DNA from: Vermamoeba vermiformis
Taxonomy: Eukaryota
NCBI GenBank assembly: GCA_045837725.1
Contig: JBEWZL010000302.1
Span: forward strand, 62,001-126,000
Reading direction: 5' to 3'
DNA: 64,000 nucleotides
This document shows, piece after piece, positions 37,753 to 49,931 of the stretch. A program made the translations under genes and the position numbers. The stretch's first letter is position 1; the number at the start of each line of letters is the position of its first letter. The notes beneath the pieces are model-generated. The model did not search any database and had not been told where the DNA came from. It saw nothing but the letters and a program-made list of their open reading frames with translations.

Positions 37753-38050
37753 GGACCGTACAAAACGTTCAAGGAAACGCTGGCACCACAACAACAACGC
37801 TGGTGAGTGCAGTTTCGTTACATTGCTGAGAGACGAGATATGTAAGTATAACTACAATGAAGAATAACCGATGCCGCAAAGCTGAATCATGATTAAGTTC
37901 GGATCTCCGACGACAACTTTAGTTTGCGTGTTTTTTTCGATAAAATAATTGTATCCGCTTTTAGCTATGACTTTAATATAAATCGAAGAGGCGGTAAAGA
38001 TTGAAAATTGTTGGTTTTTTATGGAACTGGCATTTTTGATTTTGTTATGT

Positions 38051-38091
<41 letters not shown>

Positions 38092-38213
38092 TTTTTTTTT
38101 TTTTTTTTTTTTTTTATTTTTTCGGGTTTTTTTTGGGGGCCTTTTTTTAAAAAAAAAAAAAAAAATAAATCACAAAAATTGTCGTTAACTAATTCACAAT
38201 TATTTAGATAAAA

Positions 38214-39420
38214 ATGCAAAGACCACAAACGATATTAGTTTTATTAGCGTTAGGTTTTGTGGCTTGCTTGGCTACACAACCGACGTATTACCCGTACGGG
38301 CCACAAACAAACGTACCGGAAACGGATTTGCTTGGTTGGAGACGCTGTTGGAGTAATAGCTACGTAGATACCCCGTATGACTACACTGCCAATATTACAT
38401 CTATTTTTACGGAGTGCTCAGGCGACTACCTGCTTTACGGATGCCGATCAGATGGATCAACGAATCTGGCTCTTCTTGCGGCTGGCCAAAGGAGTGCAGT
38501 ATTGAATAATACTGGATTAACTTCGGAAGATGTTACTAATGATAATGGAGTCGCTTGGTACTTCTACCCAGATACGTCTATTGGATTTGCAAAAGAAGGA
38601 GATCAAATCAATAAGGACGATTGCGATTATATTAACGGAACATTCCCTCAATTAAAACTTTGCTGGCACACTTACGGTAAGTCTGCAGCTGAGTTAAACG
38701 TTTTTTCCAACGGATAACTAGAAAAAAAATGGAATTCTGATATCGCTTAATATACAATAAAATAACAATAATTTAATTATATATATAATAGAATGGACAA
38801 TCTTTTAACGCTTTATTTTTCATTTCGTAACTTTCTGATCGGGATTTAAAAATTTAAAAATGAAATGCCACCTTAACGATCCAATTTTATCAGGAAACGA
38901 TTTGGAGGGATTTATTATTCGCGGATATCGTTGCGGAGCTAGCGTATCTATCGACTCCGGCTGGGGCCGTGAGATCTGGATGCCCGATCCTTGTGGCAAC
39001 ATGGTCGATGGTGCTCAATGCGACGATGGCAACCCATGTACAACAGACACTACGTGCTCTGCAGGTGTATGTGGAGGAGGCTCAGAAGTGACTTGCGATC
39101 AGTGCATGGAGTGCGATCCAAACAGCGGATGTGTTCCCGTACAAAACGGCACGAGTTGTTCCGACGGCAATTTGTGCACTGAAACTGACACCTGTCAAGC
39201 TGGCGAGTGCGTCGGTACGACTATTGAATGCACCGTGCCTGCAGGCTGCTTCAACTCGACGTGCAATGCAAGCACTGGTCAATGCGGCAACCAATGCCCA
39301 CCAATCGCAACACCTGGCAAAACGCCGGTTGCAACACCGACTGCAAAGACTTCTGATGCCGCACAACTCGTCGTATTTAACGTACTTATTCTCGCTGTAG
39401 CAGCGATTATTTTTTATTAA
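38214..39420 (+). CDS. Secreted/GPI-type protein: conserved Cys domain + CDDGNPCT-type repeats
   Basis: Paralog of 35421-36323 with the same intron position. CDDGNPCTTDTTCSAGVC and CSDGNLCTETDTCQAGEC repeats, TP-rich stalk, hydrophobic tail. Confidence 0.85.
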
Positions 39421-40375
39421 TGTCCGACGTTTAATAAACACTGTGGCGTAAAAGCTCGGCATTTTGGACAAATGCTGCACATAAATTTTTTCCTGCACAG
39501 CAGAAAACAAAAAGTTGCACATTCGCACAGTTCGCAAAAAGATCAATCTCGTAACAGTGTCACCACAGAAGGTAAAACAACATTAATAGCTGTAGGTCAA
39601 TATTACATATTAATTTCATGTGTAATATTACCCTCCGCTAACAGCAGGACCAATAGTAATTTATTTAGATTTAGATATCGAATATGCGAGGACAATTGAC
39701 AACCATATATAAACTGGTAATAATCATACTTTTAAGTTTTTAACAGTATTTGTACTAATAAATTTAACGTTTCAGATTGCGGATCGAATCGAATGCGTGC
39801 AGACTTGCTCCCATTTATTCGTAAGCACTAGTACTGCAGTATTTGGTGAAAAATAATATATTGCAAGCATTTAAGGCATTAACAATATTAACTATAATTT
39901 TGTAAGGCCAGAGTTGGAGATCTGTCATTGGATTTAAATTTTGAATAAGGAACGATAGGGTCCCTTTCAAACTTTGTATGGGTGCGTATTAAATATGTAA
40001 CTAATACTAGGCAATATTGCTAACTCATCTGATTTCAGGATCCTGAAAGGGTCAATCTGGTGACAAAACTCGGCCCGCACGTCAAACTCAGGCAAGTAAT
40101 TGAGATAATATAATATTATATATTATTCGAAGTAATATTAATATTAATATATATTTAGATCTGATCGAGGTTCGGGGCCTGATGATCGCGAAGTTACTGC
40201 TGAACTGTGACGAGAAGTCACTTCTGGTTGTTAACCATAATAAATGATACTTCTAGAAGTAATGTACTGGAAAATGCTCAGCTTTTTAAATGCTCGGAAT
40301 CTTCGCCGCTCAGCACTTCTAAAAATGCCGAGCTTTTACGCCACAGTGAATCGTTAAGTAAAATACGCGTTATAT

Positions 40376-41665
40376 TTATGACAGGTCTGTAAAGCATTTG
40401 TTAACAATTTTGGAGCCGTGCTCGTTATATTCTTGCTTCGTAATCCATCGGTCAAATGACTCAGTGCTCGCGAGAATAGATCCACCGATCCAAGCTGAGT
40501 ATTTCGTAGCAGAGCTATGAACTTTAATTGGTTGATTAGGTGCTAATATTTGCAATTCTTTTTGTAATCGCGAGGCTAATCCGGGGAATAGCGACGAACC
40601 ACCAGTTAAATAAATGTTACTGAACAAATCCGCTTGAAGTGAGGGTTCGCAACTCATTATTGACTCGTATAATAGTTCGTGGATACCGCTTAATTCGTAT
40701 CCTAGTGCTAATGAAGGTTTAAATAGCGATTCAGGCGCTCTAAACCGTTCATTTCCTAAAAAGGAAAGTTAAATCAGATCGTTCTTCAAAAATTGTAACG
40801 TACCTAATCTAAATATTTGACCACTCGGTATATCATATTCTTTATCGATAGTCTTATTAGTTTCATATTCTTTCATTTCCAAGTCGAAATCCTGCGCGAC
40901 ATAACAAAGTCTTTCCTTCATTTCGCGAACGATATCTTTTTCTTTGCTGTTGTGTAATTGATAATGCTTTTCATTATTTAATATAGTTTGCAAATAAGTA
41001 GTAATAGCATCACCAGCCATGCCAAGTCGTTTACAGCCATTAGAAATTACTTTAAAATCTTTTACCGGAGTTACGAAACTGCAGTCCAGACCCAGATCTA
41101 CAGCCACGCCGGTCAACTTGCCATGCGTTAATAGTGATAATTGACTACTAGATGTTATATAGGCGGCAGGTACATTAAACTGCTCGAACATAGATTGAAT
41201 AGTCTGTTCTCTATTATACTCTGGATTGTCTGGACTTTCGGTCAACAGCACGGATCTAAGTTCGGGATCCACGCGTAAGTCATTATAAAACATGCTATGC
41301 CATAATTTTTCCATATCCTCGAAATTAGTAATAATACCATTTTTGATCGGATTTTTTGGTTGCTGACTGGGATTCGAATTTTTGATATAACTTATTGGCG
41401 CACTAGCAGACTGCGGTGTGTCGTTTCCCGCAAATCCAGATTTTATTTCATCTGCAATCAAACGTTAGATATGGTTTTAGCTTGAAGTCTTGCGAAAAGC
41501 TGAGAAACAAATCCAAATTAAAAATAATTCATCGTATTTTAAAATAGTGTCCTTGCTTGAGCTTGCGCGTAAATAATTTAATTAAATAAATTTAATTATT
41601 TAGAATGTTTTCTGGTGCTTACACGCGCCGTTATCGATTACAATCGGGTCAATTCCAGCTGACAT
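40376..41665 (-). CDS. Divergent actin / actin-related protein
   Basis: IVIDNG, IKSGFAG, PIKNGIITNFEDMEKLW, VLLTE, MFEQFNVPA, IVREMKERLCYVAQDF, GNERFRAPESLF, IYLTGGSSLFPG, YSAWIGGSILAS, WITKQEYNEHG. Confidence 0.92.
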
Positions 41666-41976
41666 TCCACAATTTGCTTAATTATTGTTGTAACACAACA
41701 CGCTAATAGAATCTAAATACTAATATTCAATTGTTGTGATATTGTCGTCGGTTAGCTTTAAAAAATAAATGTTTTTTGTGCAGGCTTAAATCATTACAGG
41801 TTTCCTAAACGCAACAGCAGGCGCATTATCTATTATGTAATGTAATTATAAAATTATAATTAATTTAGTCCAGCGGAGTGGCGCGGAAGGGAATTTCTAG
41901 ATCCGCGGAAGGGAGGAAAAGCAAAGCCGCTTGTCGTGTCAAGTGCGACTTTTTGGTTAATATGTAGTAATAAACA

Positions 41977-43886
41977 ATGCTCGTCGTTAAGATTGCCACG
42001 AACGCCGTTCTTCGAACTGGCAAAAATGTTGTAAGTAAATCCACTTTTAAGCTGTATCTTGCAAATACAAATAGCTAAAAATTATGATCTTATGATAATA
42101 ATTAATAAGATAATCTTTTAGCGTACTACAGCTCGGTTTTTCTCTGCTAGCACCTTAACAAAGGTAAACAAGATCCACTGGCCATTATTCTTTATTCGCT
42201 TATCGTCTAATATAAATTTCTATTTACTCTAACCATTATTATACTAGACTCGTGAAGCAGTGATTGTTAGCGCTGTGCGTACTCCAACAGGCAACTTTTT
42301 GGGATCTTTGGCTAACCACTCCGCGACTCAATTAGGCTCGATTGCTATTAAAGGTGCCGTTGAAAAAGCAGGACTTAAGCTCGATCAAATTGAAGAGGTT
42401 ATAATGGGCAATGTCTTGCAAGCTAATCTGGGTCAATCTCCCGCACGTCAAGCCTCGCTTGGTGCTGGTTTGCCGGTATCTTGTGACGTCACCACCGTCA
42501 ACAAAGTAAGTGCCACTGTAATATATTAAGACTACTAGGGACCTACTAATAATAGACTAAATATAACGCAGAAAAAGTTTAACAGAATTGAATACTAACG
42601 CGTGCAATGTAGGTCTGCGCATCGGGCATGAAATCAATTATGTACGCAGCTCAAGCTGTAATGCTCGGTCATCGTGATATAGTGGTAGCTGGTGGTATGG
42701 AGTCCATGTCTAATGCTCCTTTCTATGTTGACGGCAAGATCCGCAAGGGCTTGAAGTTCGGCAACGAACAAGTACGTTATGAACAAAGCTAGTTGGTACC
42801 AATACTAATACTAACATCTCAATAGTTCATTGATTCTCTACTCCGCGACGGTTTGACGGATGTCTACGACAAGGTCCACATGGTAAGTTTTTTGTTTTTT
42901 TTTGGATGTACGATCTAGATCGGATCCTGAGTATTTTGTTAGGGCGTTTGTGGTGACCTGACTGCGGAAAAATACAAAATCACTCGTCAAGAACAAGATG
43001 AATATGCTATTAAGGTCTACAAGGCCGCTGCTCAAGCCACCAAAGACGGCAAATTTGTCGATGAAATCATTCCAGTTTCATTGCCGCAAAAGAAGGGCGA
43101 TCCAATCATGTTCAACGAAGACGAAGTATTTAAAAAGGCTCAATATGACAAGATACCTTCTTTGAAGCCTTCGTTCAGTCCTAATGGCACCGTCACTGCC
43201 GCTAACGCCTCGCCGCTCAATGACGGAGCTAGTGCTGTCGTTGTCATGAGCGCTGAACGTGCCAAATCATTGGGTTTGACACCTATTGCCAAAATTAGAG
43301 GTAAAGTTAATCTTTGCAAGTATTCTTTCTGACGTGACTTATCGATCCATACCAGGCTTCGCTGATGCTGCCACAAAGCCTCTTGAATTCACTGTTGCTC
43401 CTTCTCTCGCAATTCCTCGTGCTTTACAAATCGCTGGTAAGTATTGAATTGTTCGAAAGGTATAAACATTTGACACTTACGAAGTTAATTGACTTTTTGA
43501 CTTGTTCAAGCGTTCAATTGACATTTAAATTGCGTTTTTGACACTTTTGACAGGTGTCAAAACCTCCGAGGTTGATTTCTGGGAGATCAATGAAGCCTAT
43601 GCAGTAGTTCCTTTAGTCAACCAGCGATTGTTGAACATCGATCCTTCTAAGATCAACATTCGCGGTGGTGCTGTTGCCTTGGGTCACGCTATTGGGTAAG
43701 TTTAGAGCTGTCTGGATCTGCCTCCTTGGATATGCATTACTAATTCATTTCTATGTTAGATCGTCTGGCGCACGTATCACAGTTACTCTAGCCCACATTT
43801 TGCGTCAAGAAAAGGGGAAGATTGGCGTCGCTGCAGTTTGCAACGGTGGCGGTGGTGCATCGGCTATCGTCCTCGAACGAATCTAA
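41977..43886 (+). CDS. ACAT1: Acetyl-CoA acetyltransferase (thiolase II, probably mitochondrial)
   Basis: Basic N-terminal presequence, [66 protein letters not shown]. Confidence 0.93.
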
Positions 43887-43990
43887 AGCACCTGTGGCAG
43901 GCTAATGTAATTAGTTTTGTATACATTATTAAATATTAATTTGCAGTTTTTGGTTCTGACTGAAGGTTTTACGGCAAAAGAGCTGAGCAT

Positions 43991-45913
43991 TTATTTGCTT
44001 AAAGGAGTAAACTTTACACGGATTGAGCCTTGGCAAAAAGGCATTCCAATGGCCCTACAGATATTACTATTAGACATACGCCTTGAATAAGAAACAGCAA
44101 TGCGTTTTGATTTAAAAAATCCAAACCGAATTTCCCAAAAAAGGAAATTATTTAAAGTAAAAATGACTTGTTAAACTTACCGAGAGAAGTCAGGACCAGT
44201 CAACGGCGACAAGGTTTCAACTTTGTAGTTGAGCAAACAGTTCATCCAACCAGCCTTCAACACGACATTGGCAAACTTTTCACCCAAACAGCGATGAGGG
44301 CCGTATCCGAATTGAATATAAGTCTTGTCTTCAATGTGTTTCATTGCAGCACCATTGGCAAATCGATCAGGATTGAATGTGTCTGGCTCTTTGTACACGT
44401 TTGGATCGTGATGGGTCAAGTACGGACTGATCGAGACCATCTCGCCCTTGGGGATTTGAACGCCGCCGAATGTAGTAGGTACCACTGTGCTTCTGGTTAT
44501 AAACAACAAGGCGTAGCTTCTGACAGTCTCTTTCATGACACAATCTAAGAACGACAGGCGCGATAATGTATTGACACTCCATCCTTTTTCATCGACTATT
44601 CATGTTTTTAGTACAAGAAAAATGTCAAGATTGGTTGAGCCAGATCTTGCGTACAATTGTCATATATCACAAAAACGTTCTAAATAATGTCAAAAAAATG
44701 TAATGACCCATTTTGTAGTAGAATTTTGCTTAGATGGTGACACGTGTCAGAGTGTCAAAAGTTCAGCGGGAAGATTTAACGACTCGGTACTTACTCAAGG
44801 CCTTCTCGCACTCATCACGTGCTCGCTTTTGGTACTCGGAGTTGTTTCCGATGTGAGCCAATGACCACGCAAATGTACCAGCTGTGTTGGTGTGAGCGGC
44901 GAACAGGATCCCGACAATATTGCCCGAGAACCACTCGCCAAACTTCTCAGAAGGGAAGCCTTGCTTAAGAGCCATATTGATCATCAATTGAAGGTAGTCA
45001 AAGTTGTTCTCGTACTTGGGCAGATCTGCAAGACGTTTTTTGATCTGTCATGTTAATGGCGTTAGAACAGTTTTGAAAGGTCTGAAAGTTTAAGTATTAA
45101 TGCAATTATACTTACTTCGAGTGTAATAATTTCTATTAAACGTTTACGGGAATTTTTAACGAATCTGACGGCGTTTGAAGGGAACCAAGGAGCAATGAGA
45201 ACATGAGGCTTGAACGCATTCAGTTCAATCTTGTAATAAGACTCGGCCATCTCTTCGCCATATTGGTTATAGCAGTCCTCGCCGACAATGCAGATTGAAG
45301 AGAAATTGGGTTTGAGTTTTAAAAAAATTTTAAAATTCAGGGAATAAATCAAACGATTCTTTTTTAGCAAGATTGGCGAATTGCTTTTCGGTTTCGTTTT
45401 TCACTCGTTCGAGATAACCAGCCAATCTTTCAGCTCGTAAAAATCCTTCTGTAATGTATTCGAGATTATTAGGACCTTGTTTTCTAAAGCCTTCGGAGCC
45501 TAGCGCTAATTTGACGAATCTCTCCGCCGCTAAATTTTGAAATTAAAATCAAAAATTGGAATCGATCCCTAAATCCAGACTTACAGCCCATAGTCATTTC
45601 GGTTTCTTGCGCCTTGAAGAAGTGTTGAATATCTTCATTTCGTAACGACATAGTTAAGCGCAAAAGTGACAGATCTACGGTGAAAACGTTGTCGAGCTTT
45701 CTCGCATCCAACAATAATTCAGCAGGATTCTCTGTTTTAGCATTAAATAAATGTCGAATAATACCAAAAATAAAATATAAACGTACTTGCGAAACGTAGG
45801 GCAGTTGAAATGCCACCAAGGAGCGGAACTCCCGGGATGGGCTTTGGTTTGAGCCAACTAAAAAGCGCAATGGCCAATGCAACGACAACAGTAAGTCCAA
45901 CAATAAGAGACAT
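43991..45913 (-). CDS. Cytochrome P450, CYP51-like with CYP7-type I-helix, copy A (lesion near 45300-45340)
   Basis: TM anchor + PIPG, LFAAHTNTAGTFAWSL, KETVR, FNPDRF, FGYGPHRCLGEKFA. Confidence 0.85.
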
Positions 45914-46284
45914 GTTGTTATATGTTGCTATTTTGGCTAAACAATTGAAAGGCGTGCTTTGGGTGTTATTTATGCCTTGCTAAATCAGGGCGAATTGAAT
46001 CGGAAGTTATTGTTACGATATCCTGATATTATTATGATAATAATATAGACCATAACGACTACTTAAAAAATATTTAGCCTTTTAAGCTGAAAAAGGGTTT
46101 TCGATTATTTGTTTCAAAAGATCTACGACTAAAATTCATATCTGATTCTGAAAGTAATTATTAATTAGGAAATAGGTCGCGTTGAATATTATGCACATAA
46201 TTTCTGCAGTTTGGATTCATGCGCTCTCGCTTACCGCGGTTACGGATCTGCAGAACTTGAAGCCAATTTGAAAAAAATAATCGT

Positions 46285-48318
46285 TTATTGGCTCAAAGGC
46301 GTCAATTTGGCGCGAAGAGAGCCTTGACAGAATGGCATACCAACGGCACTACAAAAAAAAATCTCGTTAATACTTTGCCGGAGTAACCGATAAAATTCCG
46401 AAAATAACCCAAAAAGGAAATAATTTAAAGCAATAACACTTACCGAGAGAAGTCAGGACCAGTCAACGGCGACAACAATTCGACTTTGTAATGGTTCAAA
46501 CAGTTCATCCAACCAGTCTTCAAGACGACATTGGCAAACTTCTCGCCCAAACATCTGTGAGGACCAAACCCGAACTGCATATAAGTCTTGTCTTCAATGT
46601 GTTTCATTGCAGCACCATTGGCGAATCGATCAGGATTGAATGTGTCTGGCTCTTTGTACACGTTTGGATCGTGATGAGTCAAGTACGGACTGATCGCAAC
46701 AATCTCGCCTTCAGGAATAGGCACGCCTCCAAATGTAGTAGGTACCACTGTGCGTCTCGTGATGAATAACAAGGCGTAGCTTCTGACAGTCTCTTTCATC
46801 AAGCAGTCCAAGAACGACAACCGCGCCAACGTATTGACATTCCAGCCTCTCTCGTCATCTGTGAAAAGTCATTAATATCATTGTCTGAGCAACAATAACG
46901 GACTCTTTGAGTTGACACGTGTCACTCATTAAGATGAACTTTCGTGTTTCGTGTGAAAATTGTTGATCGTGTCAAAGTGTCAAAGTGTCACTTAACGTAA
47001 AGGCTTGTTTAGTGGCAATGATAAACCGATGTAATGTTCAATCTTATAGTAGAATTTTGCTTAGAATCGTGACACGTGTCAGAGTGTCAAAATGTCAAAA
47101 TTTCAGCGGGAAGATTTAACGACTCGTTACTTACTCAAGGCCTTCTCGCACTCGTCGCGTGCTCGTTTTTGATACTCGGGATTGTTTCCGATGTGAGCCA
47201 ATGACCACGCAAATGTACCAGCTGTGTTGGTGTGAGCGGCGAACAACAAGGCAACAATGTTCGTTGAAAACCATTGACCGAACTTCTCTGATGGGAATCC
47301 GTCTTTAAGAGCCATATTGATCATCAATTGAAGGTAGTCAAAGTTGTTCTCGTACTTGGGCAGATCCGCAAGACGTTTTTTGACCTGTCAAATATCGATC
47401 GAATTAGCTTCGTTGAAAAGCGATCGAATTTGCAGAATTTAATGAAATTTCATGTACCTCGAGAGTGATAATCTGAAGCAATCTCTTGCGGGCATTGCTG
47501 ACAAATCTAGCGGCGTTTGAAGGGAACCAAGGAGCGATGAGAACATGAGGCTTGAACGCATTCAGTTCAATCTTGTAATAAGACTCGGCCATCTCTTCGC
47601 CATACTGTTCGTAGCACTCTTCACCGACGATGCACAAAAGGTTCGTAAGAACAACAACACGCGAGATCTGATCGACAAAAAAAAAAAGGTTAAAAAAATC
47701 AAGCTTGATTATGATTTGCAAAACGTTCTTACCTCAGGGAATAAATCGAACGATTCTTTTTTGGCAAGATTGGCGAATTGCTTTTCGGTTTCGTGCTTGA
47801 CTCGTTCAAGATAACCAGCCAATCTTTCCGGTCGTAAAAATCCTTCAGTAATATAATGTAAGGCATCGGGACCTTCCTTTCTAAATCCTTCGGAGCCCAA
47901 GGCAGCCTTGACAAATCTTTCGGCAGCTAAAATAATTAATTGGCTATTAGTAAAATATTTAAAATTCAATCCGGATGTACGAACTTACATTTCAAAGTCA
48001 TTTCGCTTTCTTGAGCCTTGAAGAAGTGTTGAATATCTTCATTATTAAATGATACGGTCATGCGCAAAAGAGAAAGATCTACAGTGAATACGTTGCCTAA
48101 TTTTCTTGCATCCAACAAAAGTTTAGCCGGATTTTCTACGTTAATGAAAAATCAATACCCAATAGTCGTCATAATAAAATATTATACTTACTAGCAAATT
48201 GCATAGCAGTAGAAATACCACCAAGTAGCGGCACTCCCGGGATGGGCTTTGGTTTTAACCAAGTGTAAAGCCCAAACGCTAACACCACGACAATAGTCAG
48301 CCCAATTACAAAAGACAT
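46285..48318 (-). CDS. Cytochrome P450, CYP51-like with CYP7-type I-helix, copy B (intact)
   Basis: Tandem paralog of copy A with matching exon structure; LLFAAHTNT, KETVR, FGFGPHRCLGEKFA. Confidence 0.92.
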
Positions 48319-49660
48319 GGTTATGTGGTAGTTATATAATAAAAGAACAAAGAACGGGCGGTCTGCGTTAATTTATACGCCGCTAAATTAGGAAAAACTT
48401 TGACGTAAAAACTCTCGTAACAATAAATCGGATCGGAAGTTATTATTACGAATATCTAATGACAAGATCACGCCTATCCGTAAGAATAGCTACCGATTAA
48501 AAAGGTAACAGGAATATTTTAACAAGTGCTCGTGTTAACCAACAACATCTGCTAGTTAACCGAAAAACTAAAAATAATTATTGCAAAAAAATAGAACTGA
48601 CTAATAATTAAATATAATTAAAATTATAATGGTTCAACCAAGGATGTTGATGATTAAAATTAAATTAATTTGAAATATTTGATCAAGCAGATTTCCATCT
48701 GGTGTTCCGCTTACCGCAATCCTGAACAATGTATCGTGTCCTTCAACAGGCGTCTCAGAGCAGGACTCAATTTAATACCTACTGATTGAGGTACGTGTGT
48801 AGCGAAGAAGTTGGTAAAATAACGCTGCCGATCTCGCCTTTTGGTTTATAAAGTCCTCGTTTCACGATAGCTAGCTATCGCTTTGGATTTTCAACACGAT
48901 AACGGATCATTAGACCAAAGGCACGGTGAACAACTTTCAAAAACTCTTTGAATTGAGTCCATTTTTGGTAATTTACCTTGGCGAGCTTCCCAACGTCTAG
49001 ATCTCATGTTAGAAGTTGCAACAGGCTAATTCCTGGTGATAACTATTCCTGAACGGGAAATTATTCTAATAAGCCATATTTAGCGGATGCACGGTGAACG
49101 ACTAAAGGATCGCGTACATTTACAATAATAACGATAATTTACTAAATATACAAATATAACCTACAATGCTCTGCTAAAACGTGCAAAACCTGTGCATACA
49201 ACAATAGCAATAACTCCTGCTACAACACTTCCACCGCCAACTGCTGTCAAGACCGCGCCGACAACTTTCATGTCCTCTGCAAATCATAATTATATTAGTT
49301 TATTTTTATATTATGTTATTTCATTGTTGGTAGCTTAATATTAGCGACAGTATTATTTTTAAAATTTATTCGTAATTTTTAAATTTGGTCTTGACCTTGG
49401 ATCGGGGTCTGATTCAAACCGACGCCTAAAACAACAGCGCCAGTTATTAGCATAGCTAATCCAATCCATGCCATGCAGCAAAACCCGACCCGTTCGTTGG
49501 TACAATCGTCTCCACTGCAACAACCCATTGAGCCAGATCGAGAGCTTAAAATGCGATGTATTCAATGAAAGTAGTGCAACTGCTATGTGCTGCTAAATAC
49601 AAGAAAATTTTAATTAATGCTATTACTGTCGCAATTCTCATGTGACCACCAAAGGAAATT

Positions 49661-49724
49661 TTATTGGCTAAAAGGAGTTAATCTTACACGAATAGAACCT
49701 TGACAGAACGGCATACCAATAGCG
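49661..49724 (-). pseudogene. Orphan last exon of a third copy of the CYP51-like P450
   Basis: AG acceptor then AIGMPFCQGSIRVRLTPFSQ*, homologous to the last exons of copies A and B. No other exons are present. Confidence 0.8.
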
Positions 49725-49931
49725 CTTAAACAAAGAAAGGTTTAAGTTCAACTATCGGAGAACAATTTTATTTGATTTTTTTGTGGTTTTTTAAAAAAAA
49801 CCGAATAAAAAAAAAAAAAAAATACCGGGAAAAAAAACAAAAAAATATGAGAAAACCAAGCTCAGGCCTCTAGAGTAATATTAATCAACGATATTTACAA
49901 TTATTTAAGTTAAAATCCGAATATGAACATT

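Noticed and set aside
38040-38170. Long poly-T/poly-A stretch and poly-Phe ORF (38008-38211)
   Set aside because: Low-complexity sequencing artefact pattern, not a credible retroposon tail or protein.
39472-40260. Possible micro-exon gene on the + strand
   Set aside because: Splice-like signals are present, but I could not build an open frame.
49158-49565. Small hydrophobic ORF (MKVVGAVLTAVGGG...) and upstream segment on the - strand
   Set aside because: Too short and unassignable; possibly a gene relic.
49770-49860. A/T homopolymer patch with apparent inverted symmetry
   Set aside because: Resembles the other garbled patches; treated as assembly noise.
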